Assembly (NCBI GenBank): GCA_965207895.1
Contig: CBDBNN010000003.1
Span: forward strand, 451,755-515,754
Length of the DNA stretch: 64,000 nucleotides
DNA from: Dehalococcoidia bacterium
GTDB lineage: Bacteria > Chloroflexota > Dehalococcoidia > UBA6926
Direction of reading: 5' to 3'
The position numbers were made by a program, and so were the translations under genes. Below are positions 56,758 to 64,000 of this stretch, in pieces. How positions within the stretch are numbered: position 1 is the stretch's first letter; each line of letters begins with the position of its first letter. Under the pieces are notes generated by a model that was not told the DNA's origin, made no database searches, and worked only from the letters and a program-made list of their open reading frames with translations.

Positions 56758-57955
56758 AATGGCGGAGAAACTTGTTCTTGCGTATAGCGGTGGATTAGAT
56801 ACGTCCGTTGCCGTGCGGTGGATCCAGGAGAACTACGGCTACGATGTCGTCACGCTGACGGCCAACCTCGGCAACGTTGATAACCTCGATGAGATTCGCC
56901 AGCGCGCGCTGGAGTCCGGCGCGGTCGGGGCGCACGTCGCCGATGTCCGTGATGACTTCATCCGCGAGTTTGTTTTCCCCGCCCTCAAGGCTAACGCCCT
57001 CTATCAGGGCGTCTATCCTGTCGCTACTGCGCTCGGTCGCCCGCTGATCGCCCGGCTGATGGTCGAGGCGGCTCGGCAGGAGGGCGCGACGGCAGTCGCG
57101 CACGGTTGCACCGGCAAGGGCAATGACCAGGTTCGCCTCGATGTGTCCGTTGGCGCGCTCGCCCCGGATCTCAAGGTTGTCGCGCCCGCCCGCGAGTGGG
57201 GCATGACACGCGTCGAAGAGATTGCCTACGCCAGGGAACATGAGATTCCTGTCCCATCCACGCTCGAAAAGCCGTATTCGACCGATGACAACCTGTGGGG
57301 CCGCAGCATCGAGGCCGGCGTGCTTGAGGACGCGTGGCGGGAGCCACCGGAGAACGCCTACGAGTGGACGGTCGCGCCGCACGAAGCGCCGGATGAGCCG
57401 CGCTACGTCGAATTGCAGTTTGAAGAGGGCCTGCCCATCGCGCTGGACGGCGCGGAGATGGAGCCGGTTGACCTGGTGGAGACGCTATCAAACATTGGCG
57501 GCGAGCACGGTGTTGGCCGCATCGACCACATCGAGGATCGGCTCGTCGGCATCAAGTCGCGCGAGATCTATGAGGCCCCCGCTGCGACCATCCTGATCCA
57601 CGCGCACAAGGCGTTGGAAGGCATGGTTCTCACCAAGGACCAGGTGAGGTTCGGCGAGACCGTATCCCGTGAGTACGCGCAGCTTGTGTACGATGGCCTG
57701 TGGTTCAGCCAGTTGCGGGAGGACTTGCAGGCGTACGTGGATAGCAGCCAGCGGGCGGTGACCGGCGCGGTGCGGGTCAAGCTGCATAAGGGCCACGCGA
57801 CGGTGGTTGGGCGAAAGAGCGATTACGCCCTCTACCAGCACGCGCTCGCCACCTACGACGAGGGTGATGTCTTTGATCAATCAGCCTCTCCGGGCTTCAT
57901 CCACCTTTGGGGCCTCCCCATCCGCACACAGGCGCGCGTCCGTCCGGAGGAGTAG
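56758..57955 (+). CDS. argG: argininosuccinate synthase
   Basis: AYSGGLDTS PP-loop and downstream ArgG blocks. Start at ATG MAEKLVLA. Confidence 0.95.
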
Positions 57956-57966
57956 GGGGTACACCC

Positions 57967-58356
57967 CTAGTACATAATCAGTTCGCGCGGAACGAGGGTT
58001 TCGCCCCTCGGATCGACAGCGAGGGCAAATGCCTCTAGGGTCAGAGCACCCAGCAGGAGAGGTGAATCTTCGTCTCCGAAAGCGGCATAAGTGATGAGAC
58101 TCTGGTCGCCAATCGTAGCTACGGCGTAGCCAATGTCTCGTTCGATGCGCTGTCCATTCGCAATTGTAAATGACTGCCTGGCAACGGGTTCTACGCCTAG
58201 TTCCTGCAACATCGTTGCGGGAAGTGTTGTCATGGACGCGCCCGTATCAACAAAGGCGTCAACATCCAGCGATTGTTCGCCATCCAAACTCGCCAAACGT
58301 ATTGGCCACGTAAACGTACTCACGAAGAAGTCCTTAGTCCAACTGCGTCCTTCCAT
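57967..58356 (-). CDS. retropepsin-like aspartic protease family protein
   Basis: DTGAS active-site motif in a roughly 130-aa clan AA-like protein. Confidence 0.65.
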   Translation of the reverse strand: MEGRSWTKDFFVSTFTWPIRLASLDGEQSLDVDAFVDTGASMTTLPATMLQELGVEPVARQSFTIANGQRIERDIGYAVATIGDQSLITYAAFGDEDSPLLLGALTLEAFALAVDPRGETLVPRELIMY

Positions 58357-58428
58357 AGTCTAATGATATTCGAGAGATCCAGAGGGACGATTCCAAGCCA
58401 CCGCTCCCCCGCGCCGTATCCTGTGTGT

Positions 58429-58527
58429 ATGGCGAATGAATTGAGTACGAACCCCGCGGATTTTCTTGCCTCGCTGCCGTTTGACCGGCGGTTGGCCACG
58501 CATGATGTCAAAGGATCGATTGCGTGA
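58429..58527 (+). pseudogene. duplicated 5' fragment of argH (33 codons, premature stop)
   Basis: MANELSTNPADFLASLPFDRRLATHDVKGSIA* matches the argH N-terminus at 61962. The nucleotide duplication spans about 58405-58560 versus 61940-62095, close to 88% identity by eye. Confidence 0.6.
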
Positions 58528-58589
58528 GCACTGGCGCTTGGGCGGGCGAACGTGCTGACGTCGACGAACTGGGAACCCGACGTTACGTC

Positions 58590-59048
58590 TTACCCACTCG
58601 TCTTCTTACTTCTGGACTCCTCGTAAGAAGTGAGAAAATCATCCACGCTCGTGCGGGCGATGGCCTGACCGACCACGTCCAGCGGCAGATCATCGAGGCG
58701 CTTGAAACGCACACATGACTTGCCCATGTTCAGCCGCTTACCGCTCGCCGTGTATGCGGACGTGAACCACTCCAACGTCTCGGGGTTGTCATAGACATTG
58801 TTTAGATAGAGCGACATGTATTGCTTCTGGGACGCGAGCGCTGCGAATCCGAGCGGCTGCTTGTTATACGTGTCGGGATAACGGCTGAGCGGCACAACGT
58901 AGCCGATCATCCCATAGGCCATGCACTCCTCGTAGCCGTCCGGGAGATTGGCCAATACAACCTGCCGTACTGCTTGCATTGCCTCCCGCCGCTCCTCCGG
59001 CAGGCCGGCCAGATACTCCTCAACCGTTGCGGCGTCACTCTTCACCAT
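58590..59048 (-). CDS. DUF1801 (YdhG-like) domain protein
   Basis: Sequence pattern EEYLAGLPEERREAMQAVRQVV ... GMIGY typical of DUF1801. Confidence 0.65.
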   Translation of the reverse strand: MVKSDAATVEEYLAGLPEERREAMQAVRQVVLANLPDGYEECMAYGMIGYVVPLSRYPDTYNKQPLGFAALASQKQYMSLYLNNVYDNPETLEWFTSAYTASGKRLNMGKSCVRFKRLDDLPLDVVGQAIARTSVDDFLTSYEESRSKKTSG

Positions 59049-59492
59049 CTCACTGTCCTTCGACCCATCTTTTCCCGACGTAATCCTCCCATCGGCTGCC
59101 TGCCAATGTTGTGCAGGTACTGTAGCAAACAGCCCTGACGATACTAATAATTGGGGACTTATATCGAATCTTACCCAAACGAGGATAGGGGTTAGCTATG
59201 ACTGAGACAGAGCAATTTGCGCCTGATACAACAAAGTGTGAAGAGCATCACGTGACAGACGAAGAGAGACTTGCGGCTCTTGGCCTGACCGGCGGGCTTC
59301 TGGGGAAGGCCAAAATGCGGCTACGTATTCTTCCTGAGCAGGATGAACCTCCACGTAAAGACTCTGATAAGCACGATATTCAAACTCAGTCATGCCCACC
59401 TCCCGTAGACGTAGCCTAACAGGACTTGACATCGCACGGAAGTTCGGGTAAAATAGTACCATAAAGTCGAGTAGGGGGGGCAGGGAGAAGAC

Positions 59493-60431
59493 ATGGCAAG
59501 AAACGCACCAGGTAAGCACTACCGCAAGGGTATGTCCCTTGTGGAGGCGGTCAAGGCATTCTCGGATGAAGAGGCGGTTGAGGCGATGTTCGTCTCGGCT
59601 CGATGGCCTGACGGCGTGCGTTGCCCTGAGTGCGATTCCGAGAACATCCAGGAGCGCCCGACACGCAAGCCACAGCCATTCCGTTGCCGAACGTGCCGCA
59701 AGGATTTCAGCGTCAAGACAGGAACGGTGATGCAGGGGTCTAACCTGCCACTAGGGACATGGGCGCTGGCCTCTTACCTGCTCACGACGAACCTCAAGAG
59801 CGTATCCAGCATGAAGCTACATCGTGACTTGGGAATCGGGCAGAAGGCCGCGTGGCATCTAGCCCATCGCATTCGCAAGGCATGGGAATCGGATAACGGG
59901 CTGTTCTCCGGTCCAGTCGAGTCAGATGAGACGGCGATAGGCGGTGTAGAGAAGAATAAACACGCGAACAAGAAGAATCGGCAAGGCCGCGGATCGGTTG
60001 GCAAGACCATCGTTCACGGTATGCTTGACCGCCCCACGAATCAGGTTGTGGCGGACGTTGTGGACACGCCGGACGCGACAACGCTACAGGGGCGCGTGCT
60101 AGACGCTACTGAGACGACAGCGCAGGTCTACACGGACGATGCGACAGCCTACAAGGGCATGGCACGCCGCCACTCGGCAGTCAGTCACAGCGCAGGCGAG
60201 TACGTGCGCGAGCAAGCCCACACGAACGGGATTGAGTCGTTCTGGGCGATGCTCGACCGAGGAATCATGGGAACGTTCCACCATGTCAGCCCGAAGCATC
60301 TGGGGCGCTACGTCACGGAGTTTGCCGAGCGGCACAATGACCGCATGGAAGACACGCAGGAGCAGATTCTACGGCTGGTTCGTGGCATGGACGGTAAGCG
60401 CCTGCGATACCAAGACTTGATAGAGGGGTAA
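59493..60431 (+). CDS. IS1595-family (ISXO2-like) transposase
   Basis: N-terminal zinc ribbon (CPECDS ... CRTCRKDF), DDE region with TDDATAYKG and ISXO2-like C-terminus. Moderately AT-richer than the flanks. Confidence 0.85.
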   Translation: MARNAPGKHYRKGMSLVEAVKAFSDEEAVEAMFVSARWPDGVRCPECDSENIQERPTRKPQPFRCRTCRKDFSVKTGTVMQGSNLPLGTWALASYLLTTNLKSVSSMKLHRDLGIGQKAAWHLAHRIRKAWESDNGLFSGPVESDETAIGGVEKNKHANKKNRQGRGSVGKTIVHGMLDRPTNQVVADVVDTPDATTLQGRVLDATETTAQVYTDDATAYKGMARRHSAVSHSAGEYVREQAHTNGIESFWAMLDRGIMGTFHHVSPKHLGRYVTEFAERHNDRMEDTQEQILRLVRGMDGKRLRYQDLIEG

Positions 60432-60444
60432 ACGGGGGAACAGA

Positions 60445-60711
60445 ATGAACAGAGACAGGAAATTGATTCGCGGCATCCTTGCGTATACAAAGGCAAATGC
60501 GTGCGGAGAGCCTATAGATGCGCCTGAAATTGACAATTACACGGCGATTCAGATTCATTATCATATCCGTCTTTGCACCGAGGCTGGATTCATTCGGTCA
60601 AGGGAAATCACCACAAAGGCGGATGCCCATGAACGCTATCAGATTCTAGACCTCACATGGCAGGGGCATGAGGAACTCGCCAAGATGAATAATCCTCAGG
60701 TATATCTGTGA
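60445..60711 (+). CDS. DUF2513-like small protein (passenger of the IS1595-family element)
   Basis: MNRDRKLIRGILAYTK resembles the DUF2513 N-terminus. Immediately downstream of the transposase. Confidence 0.5.
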   Translation: MNRDRKLIRGILAYTKANACGEPIDAPEIDNYTAIQIHYHIRLCTEAGFIRSREITTKADAHERYQILDLTWQGHEELAKMNNPQVYL

Positions 60712-60712
60712 A

Positions 60713-61111
60713 TCACCCTGACGCCCTGCAATCATTGAGGAACATGGTTCCGAGCACGTATAGGCCGACAACGCATGTGGCCTCGAAGCGCTGTCCTTTG
60801 TCGAGTCGGATGATTTCAGCTTCTGAGAGGTCGTTCAACCTCATGCTGTCCATTAATCCATCAACTCGTAGATACACGGATTCGCTCTCGATTCGCTCGA
60901 TGCGCCCGTACACCGTTATCCATTTGTCCTTGCGTTGCGCGTCGAATCGAACGGCGTTGCTATCGCGCTCATTGAAGAGCGTCTGCGCGGAAACCCTTGG
61001 GATTGGCGTGGGCGTGGCAGTCGGGGCACTTGGTGTTGGCGTTGGCTCTGCACCGCACCCCATGATGATGAGCGCGAACACGAAAACGGACACGGCAAAC
61101 AGGATTCTCAC
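60713..61111 (-). CDS. hypothetical lipoprotein
   Basis: Signal peptide with lipobox (FALIIMGCGAEP) then a Pro/Thr linker. Start placed at a GTG (VRILFAV). Confidence 0.45.
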   Translation of the reverse strand: MRILFAVSVFVFALIIMGCGAEPTPTPSAPTATPTPIPRVSAQTLFNERDSNAVRFDAQRKDKWITVYGRIERIESESVYLRVDGLMDSMRLNDLSEAEIIRLDKGQRFEATCVVGLYVLGTMFLNDCRASG

Positions 61112-61329
61112 GCAGGTACCCCCTTGTGGCAAGGATCGGACTATGTTTGCGTACCACAGCCACAAGCCTCGTTGAGCCACAAGGGGGCATGTTTAGCCCA
61201 TCCCTGCATCGCTCAACGGCGTCAGGACTGTGGTACGCACGGGTAGACTAGGAGTTGGTACGGGGCGATGTCAAATTGCGGAACACACCAGCATTACAGG
61301 ACGGACGCTGGGGCATGGGGGTAAAGGAT

Positions 61330-61737
61330 ATGGCTATGCCGAAACAAGATTTTGAGAATCACTACACGAAGTGGCACAAGCCGAACGAAGAACAGAACGA
61401 CACTGTTTGCGGTCTTCTCGCAGGCAGTGACAGCTACACTGGCCAGTACTTTGTTTATGAAGGTAGGTGGATATGCAGTGATTGCCTTGAATTCTCGAAC
61501 ACGAGACTCTACAGCCGCCTTGAGCAAGGTGTGACTCTCAATGCTGGGGAGTTGGGTCAATGGCTTGGAGGTAAGGCGTTTCTCGTACCCACCTTATTGA
61601 GTCTTATTAACAGTCGTGTTGCAACGACAGCCAAAAGATTCGCCGACTATCGGCGTGAGCAGGAGGGATTGAATCTCGCGGCTCGTGTAGAGGAACTTGA
61701 AAAAATCGTCGAGAGGCTATTGAACAATGTCGAGTAA
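61330..61737 (+). CDS. hypothetical protein
   Basis: ORF on the inserted AT-richer DNA. Start at internal ATG (MAMPKQDF). Cys-containing, no family recognised. Confidence 0.35.
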   Translation: MAMPKQDFENHYTKWHKPNEEQNDTVCGLLAGSDSYTGQYFVYEGRWICSDCLEFSNTRLYSRLEQGVTLNAGELGQWLGGKAFLVPTLLSLINSRVATTAKRFADYRREQEGLNLAARVEELEKIVERLLNNVE

Positions 61738-61961
61738 GAAACCCAAGCGCAAGACCGGCAGACCACCCAAGCAAGTGGAGAAGATACCCGACACGTTCGA
61801 GAACGTGGTCAAGGCTCTGGTCAAGCCATCACCGAAGAAGAAGCCGCCCAAGGCGGGAACTTAGTGGGGCTTGGGTAAGATTCGATATAAGTCCCAATAA
61901 TTGCATCCGCGCTTGCCCGGGCGCCGTCATGTCCTCTCGTTCCACCCGCTATCCTGTATGT

Positions 61962-63320
61962 ATGGCGGATGAATTGAGTACGAACCCGGCGGATTTTCTT
62001 GCCTCGCTGCCGTTTGACCGGCGGGTGGCCATGCATGACGTCGTCGGCTCTATTGCATGGGCACGGGCATTGACGCGCGCTGATGTGCTGACAAGTGATG
62101 AAGAGCAGTCAATCGTTGATGGCCTGGAGTCCATCCGCGCCGAGCTTGAATCAGGAGAGTTCCCGTTCCGCCCCGAACTCGAAGACATCCACTTCAATGT
62201 TGAGCGGCGGCTGATCGAGCTTATCGGCCCTGTTGGCGGCAAGCTGCATACCGGCCGCTCTCGCAACGACCAGGTCGCGACGGATTCCCGCCTCTATGTA
62301 AAGGACGCTATTGCCGCCGCGCTGGAACGCCTGAATTCATATTGCCGTGCCCTTTTGGATCAAGCGGAGCAGGGCATGGACGTCATCTTGCCCGGCTATA
62401 CGCATCTCCAACGCGCCCAGCCCGTCTTGCTCGCCCACCACCTGCTCGCCTATGTTGAGATGGCGGATCGCGACGCGGGCCGTTTGCGGGATGCGCTCAC
62501 ACGTACAGACGTGATGCCTCTTGGCAGCGCTGCCCTCACCGGCACGGCCTACCCAATCGACCGTGAGGCGCTGGCCGCCGATCTTGGGTTCGCCGCCGTT
62601 AGCCGCAACAGCATGGACGCCGTGGCTGATCGCGACTACATCATTGAGTTCCTGTCCGCCGCCGCGCTGACGATGACGCATCTTTCGCGTTTCTGCGAGG
62701 AGATCATCCTGTGGTCGTCGGATGAATTCGGCTTCGTGCGCGTTGGCGGAGACTATGCCTCCGGTTCCAGCATCATGCCGCAGAAGCGCAACCCGGACAT
62801 CGCAGAGTTGGTGCGCGGAAAGACGGGGCGCGTAGTGGGCGACCTGGTCGCCCTTGTTACCAGCGCCAAGGCGCTGCCGCTCGCCTACAACCGTGACCTG
62901 CAGGAAGACAAGGAGCCGCTGTTCGACGCGGCGGATACTCTACTTGGCAGCCTTGTAATGATGGTCGGCATGGTTCCGACGCTGGAGTTCCAGCCGGACA
63001 AGATGCGTGCTGCTGCTGAGAGCGGCTTTCTGTTGGCGACGGAGTTGGCAGATTATCTCGCCGCAAAAGGCGTCCCCTTCCGGGAGGCCCATGGCATCGT
63101 CAACGTTTTGGTGGAGTCGACGTTGGCAGATGGCAAGGAACTACGCGACCTGACTCTCGACGATTACAAGCGCGCCTCGGAGCACTTTGAGCAGGATGTC
63201 CTGGACATTACAGTCGAGTCCGCAGTCGCCAAGCGAGATACCACCGGCGGTACCGCCCCTAACCGCGTGCGAGATGCCATCGCTGCTGCGCGGGCGCGTC
63301 TCGACGCGGAAAAACCCTAA
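61962..63320 (+). CDS. argH: argininosuccinate lyase
   Basis: Fumarate-lyase family signature GSSIMPQKRNPD and the ArgH N-terminus. Start set to MADELSTNP. Confidence 0.95.
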   Translation: MADELSTNPADFLASLPFDRRVAMHDVVGSIAWARALTRADVLTSDEEQSIVDGLESIRAELESGEFPFRPELEDIHFNVERRLIELIGPVGGKLHTGRSRNDQVATDSRLYVKDAIAAALERLNSYCRALLDQAEQGMDVILPGYTHLQRAQPVLLAHHLLAYVEMADRDAGRLRDALTRTDVMPLGSAALTGTAYPIDREALAADLGFAAVSRNSMDAVADRDYIIEFLSAAALTMTHLSRFCEEIILWSSDEFGFVRVGGDYASGSSIMPQKRNPDIAELVRGKTGRVVGDLVALVTSAKALPLAYNRDLQEDKEPLFDAADTLLGSLVMMVGMVPTLEFQPDKMRAAAESGFLLATELADYLAAKGVPFREAHGIVNVLVESTLADGKELRDLTLDDYKRASEHFEQDVLDITVESAVAKRDTTGGTAPNRVRDAIAAARARLDAEKP

Positions 63321-63329
63321 GCGCCACAC

Positions 63330-64000
63330 ATGTCTTGCCGCGATCACATCAAGATCGGCCCGTCCATCCTTGCTGCCGACTTTGCGCGGCTTGGCGAAGA
63401 GGTAGAGGCGGCGGCTCGGGGCGGCGCAGACTACATTCACGTCGATGTGATGGACGGAAATTTTGTTCCCCCCATCACGTTTGGCGCGCAGATGATCGAG
63501 GCCATCAAACCGTATGCCGGCGGCCTGCCCCTCGTCATCCACATGATGGTTACCGAGCCCGCGCGACAGGTTGAACATATTGCTAAGGCTGGCGGCGACG
63601 TCATCGTCGTCCACGCCGAGGCCTGCGTGGATCTGGCCGGAACAATTGCCGCGATACGCAAGGCGGGGGTACGGGCGGGCATCGCCGTCAAGCCGGACAC
63701 GCCTATCGACCCTATCCTGCCATTTCTGGACGACATCGCCACTGCGCTTCTGATGACAGTGAATCCGGGCTACGGCGGACAACCATACCAGCCAGAGGTG
63801 GAATCCAAGATTGCCGAAATGCGCAGGATCATCGACAAGCGCGGCGTCGACGTCAGCATCGAAGTCGATGGGGGTATCAACGAGAACACGGTTGAACAAG
63901 TAGTGCGGGCCGGCGCCCGCCTGCTCGTTGCCGGAACAGCCGTCTACGGTCGCCCGGAACCCGTTCCGGAGCGCATTGCTTTACTTCGGCAGATGGCGGA
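63330..64000 (+). CDS. rpe: ribulose-phosphate 3-epimerase (partial; runs off the window end)
   Basis: IGPSILAADFARLGEE ... DVMDGNFVP ... VHAE motifs of Rpe. No stop codon before the end of the window. Confidence 0.85.
   Translation, partial: MSCRDHIKIGPSILAADFARLGEEVEAAARGGADYIHVDVMDGNFVPPITFGAQMIEAIKPYAGGLPLVIHMMVTEPARQVEHIAKAGGDVIVVHAEACVDLAGTIAAIRKAGVRAGIAVKPDTPIDPILPFLDDIATALLMTVNPGYGGQPYQPEVESKIAEMRRIIDKRGVDVSIEVDGGINENTVEQVVRAGARLLVAGTAVYGRPEPVPERIALLRQMA

Noticed and set aside
59196-59519. 107-aa minus-strand ORF upstream of the transposase
   Set aside because: Overlaps a plus-strand 73-aa ORF that has a good RBS. Neither is convincing. Composition is Leu/Ser-rich and there is no family resemblance.

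Overview
This is a high-GC (roughly 60-65% by eye) bacterial chromosomal window carrying housekeeping genes: gltX, lspA, cysK, argS, recG, dinB, rpmB, argG, argH, rpe, moeB, tRNA-Asp and tRNA-Arg. Several visibly AT-richer accessory islets interrupt it. The main feature is an approximately 18-kb integrative element at about 12.95-31.3 kb. It is inserted into an EcsC-family gene. The N-terminal part of that gene, with a junk tail, lies at 31174-31890. The displaced C-terminal fragment lies at 12746-12916, directly after the stop codon of a large serine recombinase (12947-14563). An imperfect 20-bp inverted repeat is present at both ends of the element. The element carries a tightly coupled eight-gene Type I R-M operon: an HsdS-like protein with a single target-recognition domain (TRD), hsdM, a DUF4160/DUF2442 pair, hsdS, an AT-rich HEPN-like ORF, hsdR and a DUF45 zinc peptidase. 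It also carries a DUF1016 (YhcG-like PDDEXK) nuclease translationally coupled to a small upstream ORF, with a decayed duplicate copy about 1.5 kb away. It further contains a repeat-dense non-coding stretch with iteron-like tandem repeats upstream of a protein built from four tandem XRE-type HTH domains. Other accessory loci are an AT-rich single-gene islet encoding a UvrD-like SF1 helicase (4174-6534), an AT-rich two-gene operon of an HNH-domain protein plus a minimal nucleotidyltransferase (32013-33474), a DUF433/DUF5615 pair next to tRNA-Arg, and a HicAB pair. A secreted ankyrin-repeat protein is also present, as is a 3.4-kb insertion (IS1595-family transposase, DUF2513 and others) that split the argG-argH operon and left a duplicated argH 5' fragment. 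No CRISPR array and no rRNA were seen. Everything is read from the sequence and ORF translations by eye; no database search was run.
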